DNA of 64,000 nt from Octopus sinensis. Taxonomy: Eukaryota. The stretch lies in the NCBI RefSeq assembly GCF_006345805.1, contig NC_043004.1, positions 22,754,001 through 22,818,000 of the forward strand, given 5' to 3'. Position numbers and translations under genes: made by a program. The notes below the pieces were generated by a model. It ran no database searches. It had not been told where the DNA came from and saw only the letters and a list, made by a program, of their open reading frames with translations. Below are positions 39,043 to 53,059 of this stretch, one piece after another. Each line of letters starts with the position of its first letter. The first letter of the stretch is position 1.

Positions 39043-39107
39043 ATCATTTGTAGAAATACATAAATCCGGAGTAGAAGCACATCTTGGAGTATACATATAT
39101 ATATATA

Positions 39108-39157
<50 letters not shown>

Positions 39158-39298
39158 ATATATATATTGTTTAGGAATATCTCTTTCAACTCTTCCACCA
39201 TATCAGACATACATCAAGTGCAAAACCACATTTGGTCAAAAATGGGACTTCTCGGAAACAATCTACCTTTTCACCAAACCTTTTTCTCCCCTTGCTCT

Positions 39299-39328
39299 GT
39301 GTGTGTGTATGTGTGTGTGTGTGTGTGT

Positions 39329-39402
<74 letters not shown>

Positions 39403-39408
39403 TGTGTG

Positions 39409-39452
<44 letters not shown>

Positions 39453-39463
39453 CGTGTGTGTGT
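39299..39463. repeat. (GT)n microsatellite
   Basis: Direct inspection; source of the CVCV and HTHT ORFs. Confidence 0.98.
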
Positions 39464-40464
39464 CTTTCTCCCTCTCTGCTTGTCTGCTTGTGTCGCTCTC
39501 CTTCCATGTTCATATTTTAATATACCGGTAAACATGCAAAATCTCAAAATGTCCAACCATTCGGAGCCATACACATATCTTATTCCAGTTATTTCCAACA
39601 TCGCTCTCAGTTCTTATAGATACTCTGTACGGCCGTCCATATACGTGCCTTATTATAGACCGATTCTCGCATGTACAATCCACAATTGGAATCATGTCCT
39701 TGCGAAATTTGGTTAAAAGTGGGACATTATATTTAGTGTAAGCAATGCTTTGTAAATGTCTAATACTTGAATATTCTTAAAACATCTTGCCTGTGAAATC
39801 TATTCCCCACTCGCCTCTTCTATCAGAAAGCCTTGTCGTTTCACACCGCCACATCTGAAATTATGGAACATTTTCTTCTGAGCGACATTCTCTCTAATTG
39901 AATGTACTTCATATTTTGAATTTGAACTCCCCATTCCACTTCCTAAGCAACAACAATCTATTTTTCTTCCCTTTAGCAATGACCACTCCTCCGAACATAT
40001 TTGCATTTTTTTCCTTCATGAACAGTGGTCCAATCAGATGTTTCCAATCTTGTCTCCGTAAATAACATAGAATTACACATATCCTAACACAATCTCATAC
40101 ACATATTCTTGAACAAATACGTATACATATCTGTAAAAATATCAAGGAAACATAAATCTTACTCTAACTCTACAGAACATAAAAAGCACATAAATGGATC
40201 CGCGTGGATATGACATAGGATAATTATAGAATGGCGATATGCGCATCCTCACATTTGCAATGTCTGAATGAGAAAAATGGCCACATCTTTAACTTACAGC
40301 ACTTCGCGAATAGATGTAGCATCATATATTTTCAAACCCTTGTATAGTCCTTCCCTTCAAAAATTCATATGGCGAAATCGACTGGAGTGATCATCATAAA
40401 GATACATACAAATATACACATATACATATGTATACTAATAACGCACGTATATATCTACAACAGG

Positions 40465-40617
40465 ATTCTTTTAGTTTCTGTCTATCACATTCTCTGACAA
40501 ACCTTTTGGTCGGAACTGGAGTGAAATACACTTGCTACAGTTGACGCGCAGTGAGACTGAATTCAAGACCATTTGGTTGGGAAGTAAGCTTCTCAACTAC
40601 ATCCCCACGCATACGCC
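40465..40617 (-). mobile_element. Degenerate family A SINE, 5' half
   Basis: Reverse complement of the head, ...GGTTGGGAAGTAAGCTTCTCAACTACA. Confidence 0.6.
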
Positions 40618-40628
40618 AATATATATAT

Positions 40629-40661
<33 letters not shown>

Positions 40662-40771
40662 TGGCCTGCTCGCTTAGCCAGCGGAGTGACGTCATTTGAA
40701 GGCTAAAACGATACGAAGCGCTTTGTGACCAGCGATGTGTAGCAACATCTGATACCCTGTATGTATGTATG

Positions 40772-40830
<59 letters not shown>

Positions 40831-40832
<2 letters not shown>

Positions 40833-41154
40833 CCCCCTTCGGTCATGAATGACCATGGGATTGCACCTAGAAAGTTATTCTCCTATACACAAGTCCGGGC
40901 AAGGTTGTTTATGGAAGGCCAGCAGTCGCCCATGCATACCAGCCTCCCCTCTCCACGCCACCAGTGTTATCCAAGGGAAAGACAAAGGTCGATACAGCTT
41001 GGCACCAGTCACGTCGCAGCTCATTTCTACAGCTGAGTGAACTGGAGCAACGTGAAATAAAGTGCCTTGCTCGAGAACACAACACGCAGCCCGGTCCGGG
41101 ATTCGAGCTCACAACCTCACGATCGTAAGCTCGACGCTCTAACCACTGAGCCAT

Positions 41155-41158
<4 letters not shown>
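40831..41158 (-). mobile_element. Family C CORE-like SINE with an alternative tail
   Basis: Head GCGCATGGCTCAGTGGTTAGAGCG...CTCGAATCCCGG and GTGTTCTCGAGCAAGGCACTTTATTTCACGTTGCTCCAGTTCACTCAGCTG. The 3' part differs from 10508-10822. Confidence 0.85.
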
Positions 41159-41198
<40 letters not shown>

Positions 41199-42276
41199 GA
41201 AGTGTATCCGTTTGGAGGTTACAGCTGACCTTGAAAATCTCATGAATGTGTGAACTTAAAAATGGTTTAGCTGGTGCACAGTTACATTATAAATGTTATC
41301 TCTTTGATGCTTCTGATGATAACAGTGGATTCACTTGAAGCATATCTTAAGAAAATAATCGTTACAACCTCTTTGAAACTATTACTGAATCAAAACCCTT
41401 ATTCACATATATAGGTAATATTTAAAATAATTGTGTATTCTCATGATTCATCCAGCAATGAATCTTCAAAGTGCCAAAGACAAGTTTCACTGTAGTACGC
41501 CCTGTCTTACCAAGCTAAGTACAGCATGGACAAAACATGATTGATGAGAATGTCATTAGATCGGAGTACTTCAATCAAATGTTCAAAGATGAAAGATGCG
41601 AAGATAAATCTCCCATCGGTTTAGCTTAGAGAATGATGTACGATGACAACCAAGATTCTCTAGGTATGGTTATGAAACTGCAAGTTTACTGACGATTTAG
41701 CAAATTAATGTTCCCGCTCAATTCAGCATGATTGGGTGTATATGTATACATATGCGTGTATGTATACAAATGCATAAGCATGCATATACGTATGTTTTTG
41801 TGTTTGTGTGTGTATGTGTAATGTATGCATATATTATATGAATATATATATATTTGTATGTATATAATTTCATTACACACACACACACATATATATGTAT
41901 ATATTTATATAAATACACATATACATATGTACGTATGTATGTATGTGTGTGTGTGTGTATATATGTATGTATCATACTTTAATAACGCAGCTCTGTTTTG
42001 CGCTGCTAATTGATGGATCGATTTCGTTATTGAAGATCCTACTGTTTCATTATTTTACGTATTCTTTTAGGCATCTTGTTTGGAGACATTGTTTCGAGTT
42101 TCTTTAATTGACTTCTTTCGTTTGCTTTCCTTCATTTGTGAGTCTGTATGTGTGTATTTTTATGCGTCTCATCCCATGTATGTCTGAAAGTATAACTATT
42201 TTATACTTAAACCCTCCCGGTTTAGGAAGTAAAGTCTGTAGATGATAGGGGCTTACCGTTTTTGTTTAAATCTGTG

Positions 42277-42479
<203 letters not shown>

Positions 42480-43455
42480 TAATTTTAACATTATATTAAC
42501 CATAATGTTAACATTACATTTCAGTGACAAATTTCTGTCAAAATTTCTCTTACACAAAGTGTTAAATGATAAGTTCCAATGAATTATTTTTATTTAAGGG
42601 TAAAGAAACATTTTCGTGAAGTTTCTAATCTCGCAACTACTGCTTACCAACAAATATCCATATTGGAGATATAGTTACCATGCAAAAAGCAGACATGAGA
42701 ATTTGGCCTACTTGAAGCTATTTGGTAAAATAGTTTAGCCAGCTCAAAAAGAAGTATTTTCAATCGGTATTAGAAACTCCATTCAATAAATCGAAATATA
42801 TTTACAGTAGACTTAACTGATTTTCGGATTCAAAGTTTTATTAAATCTATTACCATTTCACTGTTTCTTTTTTACCGTTTTTTTCTGCTTCCATTCTACA
42901 CCCTCTAACATACAATTCATTCTTTTGGAGAGTAAAATATTCATGGCCACAACTTTATTTTTTCTTATGGTACATACGTGAATTCAATGAATAAATTGAA
43001 TAATTTCGGGGTTTTTTTGTTTCGTTTTCTCTTTTCTCTTTTGTTTTTTTTCTTCTTTCATTTCTACAAACGAATTACATGAAAACTATCTAGATCTGAG
43101 AATAGCATGAAACGGGTGAATAGGCTGACAAAGATTCTTATTTTAATATAGATTAAGTAAATACTTCAGTAGTCTGCCAAACAAAGCCATTTTGGTTGCC
43201 TTCACGATGAGACATAAGTTTAGACATGAACAGTGATGTTTATAACAACACACACGTTCGCGCGCTCACGCAGGTGACTAGCAGTGGATCGAACTTAGTT
43301 CATTACGATCGCTAAGCAAAGTTAACAATTTACTCCTGCTTGTTATTCGAATCCATAGATAAAATCAGAACAATAATATTAACCATAAACATAAATATAT
43401 TTTAACAAATAAAAGTAGTAATGGTAAAATGCCAATGGCAAATGTTGTTCTTACC

Positions 43456-43490
<35 letters not shown>

Positions 43491-44273
43491 TGTTGTTGTT
43501 GTTGTTGTTCTCCTTGGCTCTGAATCTTTCGCTGATATTGGAATTTTTTTAATGCTTTCGTGGTAACGAAGGATTTCTATGTTTTATGGAGGAAACAACA
43601 GATTTGCATGCAATAACAACATATATTTCCCTTGCATGAATGTTGCACTTAAACCTGAATTTGGATGTCTGAATTTATTAAGTACTTCATTTGTCTCCAT
43701 GTGGAAAGGAAGATTTCGTTCGATATTGGATAATATAACTGAAGTAAAAACAAATAAAAATGAAACGTATTTTCAGCATCGTTTTAGTTTAATTTACGTT
43801 TTCCAAAGTCATAGTAAAATTACTACATCTGCTAGACTCCTGCAAGCATAGCACGTTTCTCTATTTTATGGCATGCATACTGTTATACGTATATCTGCCT
43901 ATTTATCTGTCTGACTGTATGTATGTTTATGTGTATTTATGTATTAAATTCTCTTTTGGTACGGCGGAGTGTATGTATGTGTAAATGCATGCATGTAGAT
44001 AAGCAGGTATAAATCTCACTGAATCTAATATATAATGCTTATATTTTTGGTTTCGATTTGGTAAAATATCCTTTCTATGAGAATTGATTCGGTTACTAAA
44101 TTATAAATGATACGAAAAAGAGTTTGAAATTTTAACATATTTTTTAAATCTTAGATTTATATCTTAGATTTATACTTGAAACATTCTTTTTCAATTCGAT
44201 TTATTTAATTTAATAATTGAAAGTACGCAAACGTATATTGTTTAGCTGCTAATCCTGCCTCTTCCTTAGCCAC

Positions 44274-44313
<40 letters not shown>

Positions 44314-44317
44314 TATA

Positions 44318-44362
<45 letters not shown>

Positions 44363-44850
44363 CATATATATGCACGTATTTACATATGTATGCATATATA
44401 TATATATGCGTGCGTGTGTGTGTGTGTGTGTGTGTGTGTATAATCACTTACATGTTACACAAACATATGTTCTCACTCATATATAGATAAATAGATAGGT
44501 ATAATGGTATACAAAAGACTGAGAAGAGATATGTATATGCGTGATTGTAAATATATTCATATGAGTTTCCAGTTAGGTGTTATTAACTATCTATGATCAA
44601 CCATTACATGCGTTCGTAAAGGTTTTTGTATTAACTTTCTCGTTGGTTGTCTTCGACAACGAGCAAAAAACGAAGGGTAATTGGATCTTAAATGATAAGC
44701 TAAACAAGTATCAGACTCAAATCTAAGAAAACACTGTTGCTTTCAATTTGACTAGGACTCAGATTGTCTTTATATCTTCCACAAATTATGTAAATATCTT
44801 GACTGAATATCTTCCCTCGCAATGTTTCAATCCGTCTTATATGTAACGAG

Positions 44851-45085
44851 AAGGTGGTGAGCTGGCAGAAACGTTAGCACGCCGGGCGAAATACGTAGCC
44901 GTACTTCGTCTGCCGTTACTTTCTGAGTTCAAATTCCGCCAAGGTTGACTTTGCCTTTCATCCTTTCGGGGTCGATAAATAAAGTACCAGTTACGCACTG
45001 GGGTCGATGTAATCGACTTAATCCCTCTGTCTGTCCTTGTTTGTCCCCTCTATGTTTAGCCCCTTGTGGGCAGTAAAGAAATATA
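44851..45085 (+). mobile_element. Family B SINE, full length, young
   Basis: GAGCTGGCAGAAACGTTAGCACGCCGGGCG...TTTGCCTTTCATCCTTTCGGGGTCGATAAATAAAGTACCAG. Near-identical to 63058-63290. The central block resembles the MetaSINE domain (recalled). Confidence 0.9.
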
Positions 45086-45140
45086 TATGTAACGAGCATT
45101 CTATTCTGGAATGTGGTGTGTATTTGTAAATTAACACCAT

Positions 45141-45305
45141 AGGCGTGGGCGTGACCATGTAATGAAGAGATTGCTTCACAACTACATGTTTCCAGATCTC
45201 GTCGCACCAACTTGAGCAATTGCGTTCTACTATGGCCTTGGGCCGATCAAACACTTGCGAGTGGTTTTGGTAGACGGAAACTGAAAGAAACCTGAATCTC
45301 GTTGT
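45141..45305 (+). mobile_element. Family A SINE, 5' half (degenerate)
   Basis: TTCTACTATGGCCTTGGGCCGATCAAA...TTTGGTAGACGGAAACTGAAAGAA. Confidence 0.75.
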
Positions 45306-45449
45306 ATATATATGTAGTAAGAAAAGAGAGGAAGAGAATTTTCGTTATCCCCACGTGGTGAGTTGTAATATATATATATAAAAATATATATATATACAAA
45401 AGAAGGAAAATGCACACAGTTTACATAGTTTTAATATAATTTTTCAATG

Positions 45450-46640
45450 GAAGGATATTGTGGTTGTCGACCGATTTCGCTTTTGCTAATCATGACATTG
45501 AAAGTATTGCAATTTCGTATTTCTAATGAAGATTTTAGACCATGTTCTTTATAAAAGTTTGTCAATGAATCAACAAGTAGAAAAATCTAAGGGGAGGTCA
45601 TTGGTGATAGTTATTACTTGGGACATCGGAGGTAATTTGTTATTTGGGGGTGGGATAGATAAATGTACGCTAAAGTGTTCAGATGTAATATGTACAGTGA
45701 TAGATAAGTGATCATGAATTAAAATATATACTGAGACCAATGTTGGTTATGCGTTCATATTTAGGCGTGTTCTGTATTTTTTGATAAATATATATGTATT
45801 TTTATTTCAACGTTGTTGTACATAAATTGTTTCTTTTCACTGGTAGATGGGGAAAGCTGTGAAATTCGGTTGGATATTCCCTGCACATCTCTCTATACGT
45901 TCACTCAAAGGTATCTGCCTATATTTTGGGAAACGGAGCTGTTCCTCATGTTGTGTGGTTCTCCGTCTAAGTGTTTGAATTAGAATTCCGAGCCTTCCAG
46001 TATATTGGGGCATATTCGATATTTTGGACATCCACATTTTTTTAATCGTTAGTTTCGTGGTGGTTGTGTAAAGCTTCGCTTTTGTCAGGAGTCTTTTCGG
46101 CAATTTTACATTAGACGAATTTATGTGTGTTCAGAATGTTATTCATCTTTGGAACCCCAGTGAGCATTGGTAGATTTCGTACAGTAGATTTTGTATGCCA
46201 CATTGTATCTAGGGTTCTGTCATCATATAATGGTGAAATGAATATCCATATTTTTGCAGAGACACTTCATGTATAGTGAATTTGAAATATCCCATTTTTA
46301 GGTTCACAAGAACAGAGGCTGCTTTGTTTCCTGTCGCAACTCCAGATCTTTGTCGGTAGTAGGTGTCATCAAATAGGAAATAACTGTTCTGAATTATAAA
46401 GTTTAAAGTTTCTATTCTAAAAATCTTCTTTATGCGCTCCAGAAGTTCTTCGGGGTACTTTTCCAACAAGAAATGTATTCCTTCTATTCGACAGTCATAT
46501 GGGATATTGGTGTAAAGATTAATAACATCGAAGGAAACCAATAATGTTTCTCCATTAGTTGTTTTTGGTAGGTGCTAGATCGTCTCTAATGAAACTTTTG
46601 ATGTATTTCAGCAAGGGTTTCAGTAAGATGTCGAGAAAAT
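45450..46640 (-). mobile_element. Penelope-like element, internally deleted (RT3-4, linker, GIY-YIG end, 3' region)
   Basis: NFLDILLKPLLKYIKSFIRDDL, LVSFDVINLYTNIP, YRQRSGVATG, KCGCPK and HEEQLRFPKYRQIPLSE. The RT is similar to 4889-5296. Confidence 0.85.
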
Positions 46641-46780
46641 TGCATATATATATATATATGTGTGTTTGTGTGTGTGTGTGTGTATGTGTGTGTGTTTAAC
46701 TGAATATGTATGTATATGTATGTATTTATGTATGTATGTATGTATATATGTGTGTATGTACGTACGTATGTAATTATGTG

Positions 46781-46960
46781 TGTATGTCCTTGTATCTGTG
46801 ATTGTGCCCCACCTCTGCTTGATAACCGGTGTCGGCGTGTTTATTTCCCTTGAAACTTATCGGTTCGGCAAAAACGCCCGATAAAGCTATGCATTGTGGT
46901 CGATTCTTTGGATTAAAAAGATTCTTCAAGATGTTGCCCTAGCATGCTCTCGACTAAAAG
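46781..46960 (+). mobile_element. Family A SINE, 3' half (old)
   Basis: GCTTGATAACCGGTGTCGGCGTGTTTA...TCGGTTCGGCAAAAA...GGTCGATT. Confidence 0.65.
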
Positions 46961-47640
46961 AGATATGATAAAAGATATATGCCCATACAATTCAAAAAAG
47001 AAGTTCACTAAAGTAACATTCATGCAGGTGTATGACTTACCAGAAATAGCTACCAAACCTTTCGCAAGTTACATCGTGCACGCTAGGTTTATGTAGGATA
47101 GTCTGGTTAATATAATCCTATATATATATATTACCTTCTGTCATCATCTGCCACTTAACATCTAAAGCCACACTCCAAATCAATTCTGTCAGCAACAGCT
47201 GAGACTCCGGACTCATTTTCTGTTTAGGACAATTTGTCTCCTACAGTAGAAAGCCAAGATCAATCCAAATATGAAGAGGACATGCTATTTCTCTCGTGGA
47301 AACATGAACATACGCAGCCGAATCTATATTAAAGAACTCGTTGATTAATATCTCTGAGAATAGTTTTGGAATCAGGTAGCGATACAAACATATAGTTAAT
47401 TGTATCATCATTCACAAAGGTATCTTTACTGTCTCTACTGACAGTTATGTTCAAATATTTTGCAAAGGACTCTGATGCTTTACTTTTACAAATAGATTAT
47501 CAAAGGATAAAAATTTACATACACAAGCTTACATATATTATACACACATGCATACACACACATACATACACACACACATATATATATACATGCATGTAAA
47601 TACTGACAAATATATATATACATACATACATACACACACG

Positions 47641-47680
<40 letters not shown>

Positions 47681-47692
47681 ACACATATATAT

Positions 47693-47727
<35 letters not shown>

Positions 47728-47892
47728 TGTTGGGAAACCACGTGATTTAGTCCCATTACATGGCGCCTTCAGCAAGTATCTTTTAATATTGTATACGGGT
47801 GACAGGAGCCATATAAATGAACTTGGTAAGCAGAAATTGTGTGAAAACCTGTCCTACACACTCACACACACACACACACCACACACACACAC

Positions 47893-47972
<80 letters not shown>

Positions 47973-48871
47973 TATATATATTTGTGTGTGTGTTTTCCTA
48001 CAGCTACAGCTTGACACATGGTGTTGGATTGTTTATATCTCCGTATTTAGCGTTTCGGCAGTAGAGAAATTAGAATAATTATCAGACCAAAAATAACTAC
48101 TTAGTTTGAAGCTATATAGTAATGTCTATTCTGATACTAATTCCAACTCGATTCAGTATTTCTTTAACCTCATTTCTCCGCTAAATCTACTCATCTATAA
48201 AATAGTTATGTATTGTTAAAATACAATTACAAGCCCCAAAATCACATGATTAGAATAGTGGTCATATTTATTGCACTCACATGTGTATAAATTCGAGAAT
48301 GATATTAAAAATTTGTGCAGCTATACATAAACGTCTGTAACTCAATTGAATGCGTCTTCTGTATATATGAGAATAGAATCTAAAAATGTCAAAGACAGAA
48401 TATTTATTACCTAATATAGTCTACTGGTATTTATATTCATTCAGTATAATATTATTGCTATGAATTATATCAAGCCATCGAGACTGTGCTTCTGTGTGGT
48501 CTCTCACTGTAAAAGCGAAAAATGACATGATTGTGAACACAGAGCTATAGCTTCTCTGTGATAGCTAGACGCTTATATAATCCCAACGACATAACGTCGG
48601 CCGTTATGCGTGGCAATGACTGCTTGTGAGTGTGTGTGTTTTGTGTGTTTGTGTGTGTGTTTGTGTGTGTTTGTGTGTGCGTGTGTGTGCTTGTGTGCGT
48701 GTATATGTGTGTGTGTGAGAGAGAGAGAGTACGCATTTATGCGCTCGCGCGTGTGTGCAACTCTTAATGTTGATAACAATCAGAGAGTGTTACTTGACTT
48801 CGATGTTTCGCACTTGTCTAACATGTCATTTACGATTACATGAAGCCTGAACTTGATGCATGAAGGAAATA

Positions 48872-49285
48872 TGATTATTATTACATGTTTGATTTTCGCT
48901 TTGTATTTGTACAAGTTGGCTCCAAATCTCACCCAAGAGACAAGTTAGACGTTAATGTTGGTGTTAAGCCTAGGGTGTCATATATTTGATTTTGTACATA
49001 ATATTATTCTATAGAATGTTAAGAAATCATCCGAAAATTATGAGTTTGTTGTAAAATTAGAGTTTACATAGACAGTATTTTATGTAGGATATGGGTAGTT
49101 CCCATGAGCACTATCTTTTGAATTTCAACCACTTTGGAGTTTCCTAGTATCTGAGCTAGATATTAACCCTAGGGCACCTATGACAACAGGTATTGTTTAA
49201 AGTCTTGAGGTTCCACATTTTGCCAATTTCTATTTCAAGATCTTTATACTTGCTCAGTTTTTGTTAGGTCCTGACAAATACATTT
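48872..49285 (-). mobile_element. R4/Dong-type non-LTR 3' end
   Basis: KLSKYKDLEIEIGKMWNLK, IPVVIGALG and EIQKIVLMGTTHILHKILS*, then a 3' UTR ending ACATG-TAATAATAAT. Confidence 0.85.
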
Positions 49286-49549
49286 ATATCAAATTGGGAC
49301 AGTCATATCAATGAAGAGACATGATTTTGTCTGAAGTCTTTTATTATTATTATTATTATTATCATCATCATCAGCATCATCATCATTAGTAGTAGTAGTA
49401 GTGTAGTAGTAGTAGTGGCGGTGGAGGTGGTGGTGGATGTGGAGGTGGTGGTGGAGGTGGAGGTGGTGGTGGTAAATAGAAAATTATTATTTCTAAATCT
49501 CTGAATGGGAGACATTCAGTAACAGTTCTCTAGAGTGAAGATTATTTCC

Positions 49550-49752
49550 CAACATAATGTGGAAGTCATTGTTAGGACGATGGTTACTGTTATATAGCCC
49601 CAGGAAACATCGTCTCCAGCTGCCTATACAACACACTATTTTTCGAATATATAACGACACAGGTAGTGTGTTGTATAGCCAGCTGAAGACGATGTTTTCT
49701 GGGGCTATATAACAATAACAATCGTCCTAACCAGGACTGCCACATTATGTTG
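49550..49752. repeat. 203-bp inverted repeat (89-bp arms, 25-bp loop)
   Basis: 49550-49638 versus the reverse complement of 49664-49752: 8 mismatches in 89 nt, no gaps. Confidence 0.92.
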
Positions 49753-49775
49753 ACAAATAATAATAATTATGAGAG

Positions 49776-49805
<30 letters not shown>

Positions 49806-49812
<7 letters not shown>

Positions 49813-50345
49813 AGCAATGAATGGCATCAAAGTGAAACTGGGAAAAAATATACGAAGCCCAGTATATCCATAGTGTCTACACGTCCAATACCAGGCACAT
49901 GCATTACTATGTATCACATACATCAACCATATGTGCGCAACATGGTGATCGCATATCAAGATAAACAACGTTTGACTAGGAGATGGAACCCAGTTAGAAT
50001 TTTCTCCAGGTTGAGTAGCCCATCCCGCTCAAAAGGTCCATGAACAAGGGTTGTTTAAGGATTTTGAATGAGACACCCATGCTTCCAGAGGCGAGTTATC
50101 CAAACCCCAAACAATTCCTCTCAACACATGACAATGATGCTCCCTTAATATTTCTGCTCATGAACAGAGATGCACATATCGTCAGCCACTAAGGGACATG
50201 CTGAGCTGGTTCAGGTCAAACAACTGAAAAGTAAATCTGTGGTATTGAAGAGAATAATTGCAGTAGCCCACCTTTTATGCCATGACAAAACAATGTACAT
50301 GATAACACCAGAAGACACCAGAACCACTGCCTGGTACTGTTTCAG
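49806..50345 (-). mobile_element. Interspersed retroposon-like repeat (family D) ending in a (CT)n/(AAT)n tail
   Basis: Its 3' end TATACTGGGCTTCGTATATTTT..CCAGT.TCACTTTGATG matches the plus-strand copy at 52345-52450. Confidence 0.55.
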
Positions 50346-50402
50346 GTTATTTTATTGCTGTTGATATTATCTTCATTATCATCATCATCATCATCATCGT
50401 TG

Positions 50403-50433
<31 letters not shown>

Positions 50434-50460
50434 GATTATTATTATTATTATTATTATTAT

Positions 50461-50680
50461 TAAGGCGGCGGCGTGGCTACATTCTGAATTCAAATTCCGC
50501 TGAGGTCAACTTTACCTTTCATCCTTTCGGGGTCGATCAATTAAGTACCAGTTGAGTACTGGGGTCGATGAAATCGACTATACCCTTGCCCCAAATTTCA
50601 GGCTTTGCGCCTATGGTAGAAAGGATTATTAAGGCGGCGAGCAGGCAGAATTGTTAGCACGCCCGGCAAAATTCTGATTT
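50461..50680 (+). mobile_element. Family B SINE plus a truncated second head
   Basis: ACCTTTCATCCTTTCGGGGTCGATCAATTAAGTACCAG, followed by a new AAGGCGGCGAGCAGGCAGAA head at 50631. Confidence 0.8.
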
Positions 50681-50681
50681 A

Positions 50682-51190
50682 AAATTGGATCAAGCCTCGA
50701 CAACCTTGAGCTCTGGGTAGACAATGACATTCTGCCTCAGCCTTTGAATGGTACATATTATTGCAAGTCTGCAGCTTACAAATTTTCCTGTCAATCTTCC
50801 TTATTTCGCTCATATCCCAGTTCAACATATTGAAACTGTAAATAACATCACGAACTGCTAAGGAATTTATAGCTAGCACCTTCTTACGGGCATTTAACTC
50901 GGATTTTAGGACTGCTCGGTCTCTCATGTAGCACTCCTTCCTGATCTTCTCTTTCATACTTGCATGTTGAATGCCTGAGCCCTGATTTATTCCGAGGTAT
51001 TTGTAAGTTTGTTCCTGTTCGAGTTCTTTTATGACTGTGTCAACATCCAACACCACAGAATGTGAGATCTTCAGTTTCCCTTTCTGGAAACTCACCAAAT
51101 TCCCTATGAGGAGGTACGTCTGAGACACTGACTTTGGACACATAACGTCCCATATACAAAGGAAGCATTACTTATTGGTCGCAGGTGCAT
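50682..51190 (-). mobile_element. R4/Dong-type RT C-terminal fragment
   Basis: LYMDV (decayed YMDD), TYKYLGI, VLKSELNARKKVLAINSLAV, YSFNMLNW, IRKIDRK and LPRAQGCRGL. Confidence 0.85.
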
Positions 51191-51345
51191 GTCATTGTAA
51201 CCATCCTACGCGCTTCTTCTTTGTTGCTGCTACGGTCCCATATTGTTTTCCTCAACAGACATAAACTACGGAAAGCCACGTCTTCTCGAAGCATTTTTGT
51301 ATTTCGGCTTGGGAAGAGTATAGCGGGTCTCTCTCTCTCTCCCTA

Positions 51346-51383
<38 letters not shown>

Positions 51384-52160
51384 CCCCTCTCTCTCTCTGC
51401 GATTAATGCATTTACAGATTATCGTTCTCTCTTTGGTGGATATCGTTTTCTCTTCTGCGAGAGCCATGATATCTTTGTATTTTTTAACCGCCACCGCTTT
51501 CCCTTGCCAGGAATGAGTGGTCTATGTATTTATTATATTTGCGAAGGAATTTTTTTCCTTCGAATGTGTATTCTCGCTACTGTCTTCGTAAGTAGCATTA
51601 CTGTTGTTACTGTCGTAGTAATCAGCACATTCACTGATGACAATATTGCTGCTGCTGGTTATAATATAATCGCTGCCGTTGCTGCTGGTTTTCTTACTAC
51701 TATTATTGTTGTTGTTGTTTTGGTGGTGGTGTTTCTTCTGCTGCTGTCGTTATTGTTGTTGGAGATGTCACGGGTCATGCTCGTGTTACTGATCTTGTTT
51801 TAGCAGTTGGCGATGTTGTTGATATTGGTGGTGGTAGTGTTATTGTCTGTAGGTTTTTGTCAAAGGGAGTGACAACCGATACGCTTGGTTGACTACTCTG
51901 CCTCGGGTCGATTGAAACCGGGGATACAAATACCTTTTCCCCTACACCCACTACTCTGTTTAGACAAGTGCTGGCCATGTTGTGAAAACGGATAGATTGA
52001 AAAATATGTCCGAAATGGGGTGAAACTCTTTCAGAAGATACTTGGATACAACCAGCAAACAATAATTACAATTTCAAAGGCTGAAATCGGCAAAAAGAAA
52101 AAGCCAAATTAGAGAAAATTCACCGTTGATAATTCGAGTGTGGATTCCACGTGTGAATCC

Positions 52161-52194
<34 letters not shown>

Positions 52195-52344
52195 TGATGA
52201 TGATGTAAGTACGCAGATATATAGATACAGATAAACTAAGTAATGTACGCAGAAATTAGCAGAAAATTCAAAGTGAGCCTCACCTGCAAGGTCATGCGTT
52301 ATCTTCATAGAAAATCACCATGTCGCGCACATAGGGTTGTGACT

Positions 52345-52450
52345 AATATGACTGGTGTGTTCTTATCAGATGGGTAGTCATGACAGGTATACTGGACTTC
52401 GTGTATTTTACCTCAGTGTCACTTTGATGGCTTGCACTGCTCTCCCACAC
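52345..52450 (+). mobile_element. Family D repeat, 3' end with (AAT)n tail
   Basis: Homologous to 49806-49900 in reverse; followed by TAATAATGATGATAATAAT. Confidence 0.6.
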
Positions 52451-52619
52451 AGTAATAATGATGATAATAATAATAATAACATTAGTAGTAGTAGTAGTAG
52501 TGTAATAATAACAATAATAAAGGGAAAATCGAAAAATAGTGCAGAAATAACCATCGTCAAATATAACAATTATTTCAACAAAGGATGCACAAAAAGCAAA
52601 GAGATATATTAACACATAT

Positions 52620-52664
<45 letters not shown>

Positions 52665-52869
52665 CATATACATATTCATATATTGTGTGTTTGTGTTTGT
52701 GTGTGTGTGTGTTTGTGTGTAAAAACTTTCTCAAGGATGTCATAATTCTTTATATCACGAACTAAAATGTACTTAAAATTCATCTACAGCGGTAAAACCA
52801 GGAAAATCATAAGCATTTAGAAATCGTTAATCTATTACATGGTTTGCATAAGATGTATCAGTGCTACAG

Positions 52870-52954
<85 letters not shown>

Positions 52955-53005
52955 ATATGTATGTATTCACACACACACTTATATGTATATATACACGTTT
53001 ATATT

Positions 53006-53059
<54 letters not shown>

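Noticed and set aside
39084-39716. Cys/Val-rich 210-aa ORF and the many YIYI, HTHT and CVCV ORFs
   Set aside because: Dinucleotide repeats lack stop codons in these frames; there is no coding signal.
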